A stretch of 64,000 nt of DNA, taken from NCBI GenBank assembly GCA_963663225.1, contig OY760142.1:2720001-2784000 (forward strand), read 5' to 3'. Origin of the DNA: Nitrospirota bacterium (GTDB taxonomy: Bacteria; Nitrospirota; UBA9217). The stretch's first letter is position 1; each line of letters starts with the position of its first letter. Position numbers and translations under genes: made by a program. Of the stretch, positions 26,769 to 35,420 are shown piece by piece. The notes under the pieces are model-generated. The model worked only from the letters and a program-made list of their open reading frames with translations, made no database searches and had not been told where the DNA came from.

Positions 26769-27033
26769 ATGCAGCCGATTCCGGATGACATCCTGAGCCG
26801 ATTTAATGCACTCATGGATCAGAAGTCCGTTCCTGTTGGGTTGCGCGATGAATATCGAAAATGGCTCAAGTATTATCTGGATTTTCGGGTTAAGTATCCT
26901 CCGCCAGACAAGAAATCCGAGCAGGTTCGCCTTTTTATTGATAAGATGCGGTCAAGATGTAAGGATGATGATCTACACGCACTGCGTGCCGAGCAAGACG
27001 ATCAAAGAATTAAAAAGCCCGCTTGATTTCTGA
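26769..27033 (+). pseudogene. intI: Integron integrase remnant with large internal deletion
   Basis: About 62 N-terminal codons (EYRKWLKYYLDF...EQVRLFIDKMRS, integrase SAM-like start) joined out of frame near 26955 to an IntI-type C-terminus DVRMMIYTHCVPSKTIKELKSPLDF*. Confidence 0.88.
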
Positions 27034-27048
27034 ACACGGCAGTTGACA

Positions 27049-27891
27049 TCATTTTTTCACAACCAGTGACATCCATTTCCCATCCGGATATTTTTCCAGA
27101 ATCCTGAATCCAGCTTTTTTCATTGCTTCTATCACTTCATCATTTTGTTCCGCGAGTATTCCGGAGAGGAACGCTATTCCATTTTTCTTTACATGGTCGT
27201 AGAGGGCAGGGGCGAGTTCGATAAGAAGTCCTGAGATGAGGTTTGCTGTTATGACATCGTATTCATTGTGCGTGTCCGCAAGGGTGCCGCACATGATCTC
27301 AATACCGGTTGTACCATTGATCTTGCAGTTTTCCCGTGTTGCATCAACAGCCAGAGGATCATTGTCAATCGCGAGGATGTTTTGATATCCAAGTTTTGAA
27401 GCGGCGATGGCAAGAAGCCCTGTTCCGGTGCCGAGATCGAGAAACGAGTCCTTGCCGGTTTCTTCAGCGTACTTTTCCATGAGCACAAGGCAGGACCGTG
27501 TTGTTTCGTGATGGCCGGTTCCGAAAGCCATTCCCGGATCGATTATCAGATTGATGCGATTGTCCTTCTTTTTTTCCCATGGCGGCAGTATGGCGAAGTG
27601 TTTTCCTACATCAAGAGGCTGGAAACTTTTTTTCCACGATTCATTCCAGTCCTGGTCTTTAATTTCCTTATGCTCAAAGCTCAAGTTCGGCGCATATCCC
27701 GCTTTTTCGAGCAGTTCCTGAAAGAGCGCAAGCCGGCTTTTTATTGTTTTAATATCAATGGTTTCAGGAAAGTACGCAGTGATGCTGCCACTGTTTTCGA
27801 TTACTCCAAGGCAGCCCGCTTCGGTCAGAGATGTGATAAGGTGTTCCTGAAATGGTGCTGCTATACTGATTACAAGCTCATGATATGTCAT
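27049..27891 (-). CDS. prmA: Ribosomal protein L11 methyltransferase
   Basis: DWNESWK, DPGMAFGTGHHETT, LDLGTGTGLLAIAA, DNDPLAV, LSGIL; ORF-track start 27927 overlaps a TTGACA-N18-TACAAT promoter, so ATG 27891 is preferred. Confidence 0.93.
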   Translation of the reverse strand: MTYHELVISIAAPFQEHLITSLTEAGCLGVIENSGSITAYFPETIDIKTIKSRLALFQELLEKAGYAPNLSFEHKEIKDQDWNESWKKSFQPLDVGKHFAILPPWEKKKDNRINLIIDPGMAFGTGHHETTRSCLVLMEKYAEETGKDSFLDLGTGTGLLAIAASKLGYQNILAIDNDPLAVDATRENCKINGTTGIEIMCGTLADTHNEYDVITANLISGLLIELAPALYDHVKKNGIAFLSGILAEQNDEVIEAMKKAGFRILEKYPDGKWMSLVVKK

Positions 27892-28004
27892 GCTGAAGAA
27901 ATCCTTTCGTTTATCGTCAGGAAGCATTGTAACCGCGCAGGTGAAAGGGTGTCAACCAGGATTGTGCATATCTGGAATTTTTTTCGGAAAATTTGTTTTT
28001 TACC

Positions 28005-28034
28005 TTGACAAGTCCACATGTTACGTGTTATTTT
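28005..28034 (+). promoter_or_regulatory. Promoter of rplU-rpmA
   Basis: TTGACA-N18-TATTTT with extended TGn. Confidence 0.55.
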
Positions 28035-28082
28035 ATGCGCTCTAAATAACTGGGTCCGTTGATTCATGAAGGAGGTTTCAGC

Positions 28083-28394
28083 ATGTACGCAGTAATTACT
28101 ACCGGTGGAAAACAGTACAAGGTTTCACCCGGTGATGTGGTCAGGGTGGAGAGCCTTGAGGCAAAAAAGGGTGACACGATCGAGATCAAAGACGTTTACA
28201 TGATCGCAGACGGCGACAAGGTGTCTGTCGGCAAGCCCACGCTCAAGACCGCAAAGGTCACGGCAGAGGTCGTGGAAGAAGGCAGAGGCGAAAAGCTGCT
28301 CATCTTCAAGCACCGCCGCCGCAAAGGTTTTCGCAGAACAAACGGCCATCGTCAGAACTATACGGCGATCAAGGTGAAGGAAATAACCGCGTAA
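28083..28394 (+). CDS. rplU: 50S ribosomal protein L21
   Basis: MYAVITTGGKQYKV...GHRQNYT; GGAGG SD. Confidence 0.98.
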   Translation: MYAVITTGGKQYKVSPGDVVRVESLEAKKGDTIEIKDVYMIADGDKVSVGKPTLKTAKVTAEVVEEGRGEKLLIFKHRRRKGFRRTNGHRQNYTAIKVKEITA

Positions 28395-28480
28395 GTAAAA
28401 CAATGCTGCTGAAAGGCATGGATCAAATTTTCATCGGATCGGGCGCGGCAGCATGTGATTAAGTTTTTGGAGGAATTACC

Positions 28481-28738
28481 ATGGCACATAAAAAAGGCGT
28501 CGGCAGTTCGAGAAACGGAAGAGACAGCAATCCGCAGTTTCTGGGCGTAAAACGGTTTGATGGCGAGCAGGTGCATGCCGGGACCATCATTGTCCGTCAG
28601 CGCGGGACCAGGTTCCACCCGGGAACGAACGTGGGCAAGGGGTGCGATGATACGCTCTTTGCGAAGATCAACGGAGTGGTAAAGTTTGAGCGCTATGACA
28701 AGAAGCGCAAGCAGGTGAGCGTGTACGCAGTGGCGTAA
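28481..28738 (+). CDS. rpmA: 50S ribosomal protein L27
   Basis: [24 protein letters not shown]. Confidence 0.98.
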   Translation: MAHKKGVGSSRNGRDSNPQFLGVKRFDGEQVHAGTIIVRQRGTRFHPGTNVGKGCDDTLFAKINGVVKFERYDKKRKQVSVYAVA

Positions 28739-28762
28739 ACGGTTCAAACAGGATCGATCACG

Positions 28763-28794
28763 AAGGCGGCATGATTCTCCATGCCGCCTTTTTT
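28763..28794 (+). terminator. Intrinsic terminator after rpmA
   Basis: AAGGCGGCATG-ATTCTC-CATGCCGCCTT followed by a T-run. Confidence 0.85.
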
Positions 28795-28914
28795 GTTTTC
28801 TGTCATTCAAACTTGCATTTTTACCGGTATGACTGTATAGTTTATTGAAAATATTATCTAAAATATCTTTAGTGGCAATTCAGGCGCGTTGCTGGAAATG
28901 GAACAGAGTGCTTC

Positions 28915-29967
28915 ATGTCAAATTTTATTGATCGGGTCAAAATTTTAGTAAAAGCGGGGCACGGCGGCAGGGGTTGCGTCAGTTTTCGCCGGGAGGCGTA
29001 CGTGCCGCGCGGCGGCCCGAACGGCGGCGACGGCGGCAAGGGCGGCGATGTGATCATCAGGGCTGATAAACAGCTCGGCACCCTGATTGATCTCAAATAC
29101 CAGCAGCAGTACCGCGCCCATGACGGGGAGCACGGCCGCGGCAAGGAGCAGTTCGGCGCGGACGCGGATGACGTTATTGTTCGCGTTCCTGTTGGCACGA
29201 TCGTGACCGACGCGGAAACCCGGACGCTGATTGTCGACCTCGACACTGACGGAATGGAGTACACGGCAGCGAAAGGCGGCAGGGGCGGAAAAGGGAACGC
29301 TTTTTTCAAGACTGCCACGCACCAGGCGCCCCGATTCGCGCAACCCGGTGAGCCGGGAGAAGAACAGTGGCTGTATCTCGAACTGAAGCTTCTCGCGGAT
29401 GTGGGGCTGGTGGGATTTCCGAACGCCGGCAAATCAACGCTGATATCGCGCATATCCGCGGCAAAGCCGAAGATTGCCGATTACCCCTTCACCACGCTGT
29501 CGCCGGTGCTGGGCGTGGTCAAGCCGGAAGGCAGGCACAGCTTTGTGGTAGCCGACATTCCCGGTCTGATCGAGAACGCGCATAAAGGGGCCGGCCTCGG
29601 CTTTGAGTTTCTGCGGCATGTGGAGCGGACGTCGATCCTTCTGCATATGGTTGACGTGTCCGGCATGGTGCCGGGCGATCCGGTCGATAATTTCAACAAG
29701 ATCAATGCAGAGCTTGAACTCTACAGCAGCGAGTTAAAGAAAAAATACATGGCTGTAGCCGCGACAAAAATTGATGCGGCTGACCAGGAAAGCCTTCAAA
29801 AGCTTCAGGCATATTGTTTTGAAAAGGGGCACGCGTTTTTCCCCATTTCCTCGGTAACAGGACAGGGGATAGAAGCGCTGGCCCATTTCCTTGCTGATCA
29901 GGTTGAAGAAGAAAGGAAAAGCAGAAATCTTCTGCTGGAAGCCCAAAAGAACAAGGCTGCAACCTGA
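28915..29967 (+). CDS. obgE: GTPase ObgE/CgtA
   Basis: Gly-rich Obg fold; GFPNAGKS, YPFTTL, DIPGL, TKID. Confidence 0.97.
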   Translation: MSNFIDRVKILVKAGHGGRGCVSFRREAYVPRGGPNGGDGGKGGDVIIRADKQLGTLIDLKYQQQYRAHDGEHGRGKEQFGADADDVIVRVPVGTIVTDAETRTLIVDLDTDGMEYTAAKGGRGGKGNAFFKTATHQAPRFAQPGEPGEEQWLYLELKLLADVGLVGFPNAGKSTLISRISAAKPKIADYPFTTLSPVLGVVKPEGRHSFVVADIPGLIENAHKGAGLGFEFLRHVERTSILLHMVDVSGMVPGDPVDNFNKINAELELYSSELKKKYMAVAATKIDAADQESLQKLQAYCFEKGHAFFPISSVTGQGIEALAHFLADQVEEERKSRNLLLEAQKNKAAT

Positions 29968-29984
29968 CAAACAGTTGTGCACGG

Positions 29985-31139
29985 GTGAAACCATCGATGA
30001 AGAATATTTCGATAAACAGAAAAAGCATATTTTCCAAATCCCGCAGAGTTGTCGTAAAAGTCGGGAGCGCGGTGCTTACTTCGTCCGGACAGGGGCTTGA
30101 CCAGAACCGTATCGATGACCTCGCAGCTGATATTTCGGCATTGATGAACAAGGGACACGAAGTGATTCTCGTTTCTTCCGGCGCCATTGCGGCAGGGCTC
30201 GCGAAACTCGGACTAAAAAAAACCAAAGGCATGGCCCTTTCGCTCAAGCAGGCCGCGGCGGCAATCGGCCAGTCCGGCCTCATGTGGATCTATGAAAAAA
30301 CCTTTGCCGTGCACGGCCGGAAGGTGGCCCAGGTTCTGCTTACCCGGGATGATCTTTCGAACCGCACGCGCTTTTTGAACGCCCGCAACACGCTCCAAAC
30401 CCTGCTCAGCTACGGTGTGGTGCCGATCATCAATGAAAACGACACGGTTTCCGTCGATGAAATAAAGTTCGGCGACAACGACAACCTCTCCGGAATGGTT
30501 GCCCATCTGGCCGATGCAGACATGCTCGTGATCGTTTCGGATGTCGAGGGGCTGTATACCGGCGATCCCCGGCTGGACCCTTCGGCAAAGCTGATTCCCC
30601 TGGTCGAAAAAATAACGCCGGACATGGAGCGTGCGGCCGGAGACGCGCAGACTGCCGTGGGGCTGGGAGGCATGCGCTCGAAAATTACGACCGCCAAGAA
30701 AGTGTCCGCCTACGGCGCGTACATGGCTATCGTAAACGGCAGAAAACGCAATGTGCTGCAGGCGTTGTTCGACGGCGGCGATTTGGGTACATTGTTTCTT
30801 CCCAAGGCGAAAAAACAGGACAGTCGCAAACACTGGATTGCATATACCGTAAAGTGCAGCGGACGGCTCATCGTGGATGACGGCTGCCGAGATGCGCTCA
30901 TGAACAAGGGCAAGAGCCTTCTGCCGGGTGGCATCGTGAAGGTGGAGGGTGTTTTTAAAGTCGGCGACTGTGTCAATTGCACGGACCGGGGCGGCCGCAC
31001 CTTTGCGCGCGGACTGGTTAAATATACTGCAAGCGAGCTTGACCTGATTAAAGGGTTGAAAACGTCCCAGATTGAATCGGTTCTCGGTCACAAGGATTAT
31101 GATGAAGTCATTCATCGGGACGATATGGTGATATTGTAG
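29985..31139 (+). CDS. proB: Glutamate 5-kinase with PUA domain (exact start uncertain)
   Basis: VVKVGSAVL, VSSGAIAAG, KQAAAAIGQ, INENDTV, FGDNDNLS, GGMRSK. Confidence 0.97.
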   Translation: MKPSMKNISINRKSIFSKSRRVVVKVGSAVLTSSGQGLDQNRIDDLAADISALMNKGHEVILVSSGAIAAGLAKLGLKKTKGMALSLKQAAAAIGQSGLMWIYEKTFAVHGRKVAQVLLTRDDLSNRTRFLNARNTLQTLLSYGVVPIINENDTVSVDEIKFGDNDNLSGMVAHLADADMLVIVSDVEGLYTGDPRLDPSAKLIPLVEKITPDMERAAGDAQTAVGLGGMRSKITTAKKVSAYGAYMAIVNGRKRNVLQALFDGGDLGTLFLPKAKKQDSRKHWIAYTVKCSGRLIVDDGCRDALMNKGKSLLPGGIVKVEGVFKVGDCVNCTDRGGRTFARGLVKYTASELDLIKGLKTSQIESVLGHKDYDEVIHRDDMVIL

Positions 31140-31173
31140 CCTCAGTATTTTCTTTGGTTGCTACGGAGGTCTC

Positions 31174-32430
31174 ATGGATATAATGCACTCTGTCGCGGAA
31201 AAGGTGAAAAAAGCCAAAGCCGCTGCACGGGCACTGGCAAACGTGTCGACAGCAGTCAAGAACGATGCTCTGCTCGGGATGGCGGGAGAACTTGAAAAAG
31301 AATCGTCGAATCTGATCGCAGAAAACAAAAAAGACCTTGCAGCCGCGGAGCAGAAGGGGCTGTCAAAAGCCATGATCGACCGCCTGACCCTGAACCGTGA
31401 CCGCATAGCGGCCATGGCAGTGGGTCTGCGTGAGGTGGCAGCGCTGCCTGATCCTGTCGGCGAAGTGCTCAAGATGTGGCGCAGGCCGAACGGCATCCAG
31501 ATCGGTCGGATGCGCGTTCCCATAGGCCTCATCGGTATCATCTATGAATCGCGCCCCAATGTGACCGCTGATTCCGCGGCTCTCTGCCTTAAATCGGGCA
31601 ACGCGGTCATTTTGCGCGGAGGATCGGAGGCAATCTGCTCCAATACTGCCATAGCCGCTGTTCTGTCAAAAGCCGCGTCACAAGCTGCCCTGCCTGACGG
31701 GGCCATATCCTTTATCGAGAATCCGGACCGGGCATGCGTGATGGAAATGCTGAAGCTCAATCAGTATATCGATCTGATCATTCCGCGCGGCGGAGAGGAA
31801 TTGATCCGTATGGTGTCGGAAAACTCCACAATTCCCGTGATCAAGCATGACAAGGGAATTTGCCATGTGTATGTTGACGCCAAAGCCGACCTTGCCATGG
31901 CGGAAGAGATTTGTTTCAATGCCAAGGTGCAGCGGCCGGGGACCTGCAACGCCATGGAGACCATGCTCGTGCATCAGGATGTCGCTGCTGCCTTTTTGCC
32001 GGCGATCATCGGGAGACTGAAGAAGGCCGGTGTGGAAATCAGGGGATGCTCTGAGACACGGAAAATTGTCGCCGGTATCAGGGATGCAGCTGACCAGGAC
32101 TGGGACACGGAATACAACGACCTCATCCTGAATGTAAAAACGGTCGGGAGCATTGAGGCTGCCATGGAGCACATAGCGGCACATGGCTCACAGCACTCCG
32201 AGGCAATCGTGACAAACGACTATCAGAACGCATTGCGGTTCCAGCGGGAAGTTGACGCATCCGCGGTTTTTGTGAATGCTTCGACCCGTTTGAACGACGG
32301 GTTTGAGTTCGGATTGGGCGCGGAAATTGGCATTTCCACGACCAGAATCCATGCGCGCGGTCCCATGGGGCTGGAAGAGTTGACTTCGACCAAGTTCATC
32401 GTGTTCGGTGACGGACAGATCAGACGATAA
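31174..32430 (+). CDS. proA: Glutamate-5-semialdehyde dehydrogenase
   Basis: IYESRPNVT, KSGNAVILRGGSEA, TCNAME, NASTRLNDG, HARGPMGL. Confidence 0.97.
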   Translation: MDIMHSVAEKVKKAKAAARALANVSTAVKNDALLGMAGELEKESSNLIAENKKDLAAAEQKGLSKAMIDRLTLNRDRIAAMAVGLREVAALPDPVGEVLKMWRRPNGIQIGRMRVPIGLIGIIYESRPNVTADSAALCLKSGNAVILRGGSEAICSNTAIAAVLSKAASQAALPDGAISFIENPDRACVMEMLKLNQYIDLIIPRGGEELIRMVSENSTIPVIKHDKGICHVYVDAKADLAMAEEICFNAKVQRPGTCNAMETMLVHQDVAAAFLPAIIGRLKKAGVEIRGCSETRKIVAGIRDAADQDWDTEYNDLILNVKTVGSIEAAMEHIAAHGSQHSEAIVTNDYQNALRFQREVDASAVFVNASTRLNDGFEFGLGAEIGISTTRIHARGPMGLEELTSTKFIVFGDGQIRR

Positions 32431-32445
32431 AAAACCGGAGGCGTC

Positions 32446-33105
32446 TTGACTCGGAAAATCGGCATTCTCGGAGGGACGTTCAACCCGGTGCACAACGGCC
32501 ACCTTGCGATTGCAGAAGAGGTACGGGACCGGTTGCAGTTGGACCGGGTTTTCTTTATTCCCTCGTATATGCCTCCTCATAAACAGGAAGAAGAAATTCC
32601 GTCTGCTTTGCAGCGCCTTGAGATGATCCGTCTCGCGATCTCAGGAAAGCCTTTCTTCGAAACAAGTGATATTGAGATCGAGCGCAAAGGAAAGTCGTAT
32701 ACCATTGATACTATTCTTGAACTGCGTGAACTGCATCCTGCTGTGGAATTGTATTTCATCATCGGCCTCGATGCCTTTCTTGAAATTCAATCATGGCACC
32801 GCTGGCAGGAACTGCTTGCCCTGTGCCGTTTTGCTGTGATACCGAGGCAGGGATATCATTTTCTTGATTTGAGCAGACTGGATTTTCTGAAAAAAGATCG
32901 GCTTGTTTTGTCGGAACTGGACACCGGCGCCCGTTCGCAGGCGATTATTCAGGGTGCAGCCTGTACCGTGCATCTGGTGGATATTCCTTTATATGAGGTG
33001 TCGTCAACGGAGATTCGCAGAAGAGTAAGACAGGGGGCCAGTATTAAATATCTCTTGCCTGAACCGGTTGAAAACTATATAATTAAAAATAAAATCTATG
33101 CATAA
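32446..33105 (+). CDS. nadD: Nicotinate-nucleotide adenylyltransferase
   Basis: GGTFNPVHNGH, PPHK, SYTIDT, SSTEIR. Confidence 0.96.
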   Translation: MTRKIGILGGTFNPVHNGHLAIAEEVRDRLQLDRVFFIPSYMPPHKQEEEIPSALQRLEMIRLAISGKPFFETSDIEIERKGKSYTIDTILELRELHPAVELYFIIGLDAFLEIQSWHRWQELLALCRFAVIPRQGYHFLDLSRLDFLKKDRLVLSELDTGARSQAIIQGAACTVHLVDIPLYEVSSTEIRRRVRQGASIKYLLPEPVENYIIKNKIYA

Positions 33106-33463
33106 TTCATTAGACGCGGCACAGCTCTGTGCAGACGCCGCTGACAGCAAAAAAGCATTTAATATCAAGATTCTCGATCTTCGTGAACTCACCTATATCA
33201 CGGATTTTTTTGTGATCTGTTCAGGAAGCAATTCCACCCAAGTGGGTGCCATTTCGGACGCGATTGCTCAAACCCTTGCAAAGAGCGGATTGCATCCTTC
33301 TCATGTGGAAGGCCTGGCAGAGTCGAGCTGGGTGCTGATGGATTACGGAGATGTAGTGGTGCACATCTTCGAGGAGCAGACCCGCTTGCATTACGGTCTT
33401 GAAAAACTCTGGAGCGACGCTCCCCGCGTAGCGGCTGCGGCGGTGCATACTTCACCTTCATGA
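33098..33463 (+). CDS. rsfS: Ribosome silencing factor
   Basis: KKAFNIKILDL, DFFVICSG, WVLMDYGDVVVHIF, YGLEKLW. Confidence 0.96.
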   Translation: MHNSLDAAQLCADAADSKKAFNIKILDLRELTYITDFFVICSGSNSTQVGAISDAIAQTLAKSGLHPSHVEGLAESSWVLMDYGDVVVHIFEEQTRLHYGLEKLWSDAPRVAAAAVHTSPS

Positions 33464-33930
33464 AGCTGAGCATTCTCTGCATGGGGAAGACAAAAGAGCG
33501 CTTTGTCCAGGAAGGGATTGCGAAGTATGTGCGGTATATCAGGCCGTACGCTGATATAGAACTCAAAGAACTCCGGGAAGAGAAAATCGGCGAGCTGAGA
33601 GATGCCCCGCTGGTGAGGAAAAAGGAAGCGGAAAGAATTTTTAAAGCAGCGCCGGCTTCGGCTCATCTTGTATCGCTCGATGAGCGGGGAGAGGAGTTTA
33701 CCTCCCACGAATTTGCACGTTTTCTGAACAAACAGCTCGAATCCGGAGTGCGGGAAATGGCTTTCATCGTGGGAGGAGCCATGGGGCTGGATGAGAGCGT
33801 GACCGGACGCTCGAATACGGTAATGGCGATGTCCCGCTGGACGCTGACGCATGAAATGGCAAGGCTGGTGCTTCTGGAGCAGCTTTATCGGGCATTTACT
33901 ATAATAAAAGGGAAACCATATCATTATTAG
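33460..33930 (+). CDS. rlmH: 23S rRNA pseudouridine-1915 N3-methyltransferase
   Basis: LDERG, FIVGGAMG, TLTHEMARLVLLEQLYRA...PYH. Confidence 0.96.
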   Translation: MKLSILCMGKTKERFVQEGIAKYVRYIRPYADIELKELREEKIGELRDAPLVRKKEAERIFKAAPASAHLVSLDERGEEFTSHEFARFLNKQLESGVREMAFIVGGAMGLDESVTGRSNTVMAMSRWTLTHEMARLVLLEQLYRAFTIIKGKPYHY

Positions 33931-33989
33931 TTAAGCAGATACCAGTGAGCATTCTTTAAGCTGATGCTCCCGGCAGAAAGGGTAGGCGG

Positions 33990-35285
33990 ATGAGATTCGT
34001 AGTGACTTTCATGGCTGCTGCTGTTGTTATTTTCGTCGTGCTGCTGAAGGAGATTAATCAGGGAACGATTACCGTTTACCTTCTGCCTTCAAAGTCCTAT
34101 GAAGTTTCAAAGACGGTTTTTTTCCTCCTGTCGTTTGCCATCGGTGCGGGCATAATCCTCTTTTTATATCTGCTTCGCGATATCAGGCGGTTTCTGCGCG
34201 GGCTCAAAGTGCAGCGAGAACAGAAAAAACGCCTTAAGATTCAAGAGCTTTACTCGAAGGGCTTAAATGCCCTGCTTGCGAAACGGAATGCTGACGCGGC
34301 CAGGTTTTTTCAAAAAATTCTTACCATCGACCCCAATCATGTAGACACGCTCCTCCGGCTCGGAATCAGCCAGCTCAGACAAAAAAATCTGCAGGAGGCT
34401 ATTGCTACCCATCAGAAAGCGCTGAATCTAGAGCATGACAATCAGGAGGTTATGTTCTCGCTGGCAGCAGATTATGAAGAGTCGAAACGCTATGATGACG
34501 CTCTTATGATGTACAAGAAGATCCTTTCCAAGGATTCCTCCAATCTGACCGCGCTTATGCGAATGAGGGATCTCTACCAGCGTCAGAACAACTGGGCGGA
34601 GCTGTGCGATACACAGACCCAGCTGCTTGCAAGCCCGCTTACTCCGACTGAGCGTGACATCGAGCACCGGAGACTGGTCGGTTTCAAGTATGAATACGGC
34701 CGCTCCCTTCTTGAGTCCGGAGAATTCGATCGGGCCAGAAAAATATTCCGGGGTGTAATTAAACTGGATAAGGACTTTATTCCCGCGTATCTGGGGCTGG
34801 GAGAGGTTTATCTCGAAGAGGGAAAAACCAAGGAAGCAGGGGCCCTGTGGGAGAAAGCCTACAAAATAACATCGTCTCCCTTATTGCTGCATCGTCTTGA
34901 AGATTTCTTTTTGAAACTGGGAGAGCCTGCCAAGGCAATCGAAATTTATACCCGGGCTTTGTCCTGGCGGCCGCAGGACGCTGAGCTCAAGTTCTTTCTC
35001 GGTAAACTCTATTACCGGCTGGAAATGGTTGATGAAGCATTTGATGTTCTGGCATCCGCTGACTGGGGTGACCGGGAATATCCGGACGTGCACAAACTGC
35101 TCGGAAATATCTACCTCCGCCGGGGATCACTGGGTCTTGCTTCATCGGAATTCAAAAAGGCCCTTGGCTTTAAAAAGCAGATCATCGTGCCCTACGTCTG
35201 CTCGAATTGCAATGTTCAATCCCCTCAATGGTCCGGGCGTTGCCAGAACTGCGGGAAATGGAACACGTTCAGTGTCAAACTGTAG
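33990..35285 (+). CDS. lapB: LPS assembly protein LapB-like (TPRs plus rubredoxin-like tail) with N-terminal LapA-like domain
   Basis: Two N-terminal TM helices, TPR array, C-terminal YVCSNC...WSGRCQNCGKWNT. Confidence 0.75.
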   Translation: MRFVVTFMAAAVVIFVVLLKEINQGTITVYLLPSKSYEVSKTVFFLLSFAIGAGIILFLYLLRDIRRFLRGLKVQREQKKRLKIQELYSKGLNALLAKRNADAARFFQKILTIDPNHVDTLLRLGISQLRQKNLQEAIATHQKALNLEHDNQEVMFSLAADYEESKRYDDALMMYKKILSKDSSNLTALMRMRDLYQRQNNWAELCDTQTQLLASPLTPTERDIEHRRLVGFKYEYGRSLLESGEFDRARKIFRGVIKLDKDFIPAYLGLGEVYLEEGKTKEAGALWEKAYKITSSPLLLHRLEDFFLKLGEPAKAIEIYTRALSWRPQDAELKFFLGKLYYRLEMVDEAFDVLASADWGDREYPDVHKLLGNIYLRRGSLGLASSEFKKALGFKKQIIVPYVCSNCNVQSPQWSGRCQNCGKWNTFSVKL

Positions 35286-35420
35286 CAGCAGCATGCCGGC
35301 AGGCGCTGCGTAGCCAACACGCCATTATTTTCGCAGAGTCAAATCCTTCCACTACTACGGTTAACGCTGACAGCTTTCGACCATGAAATTTTTAATGCAG
35401 GCTTCCGCGTATGAGGTCTT

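Noticed and set aside
26754-27033. Two overlapping ORFs (90 aa and 75 aa) as independent genes or a programmed frameshift
   Set aside because: They are the two ends of one integrase; a frameshift product would still lack the catalytic core
30213-31115. Long antisense ORFs (300 aa here; also 45849-46709, 55383-56270, 36207-36974)
   Set aside because: Shadows of well-supported sense genes, with no motifs of their own
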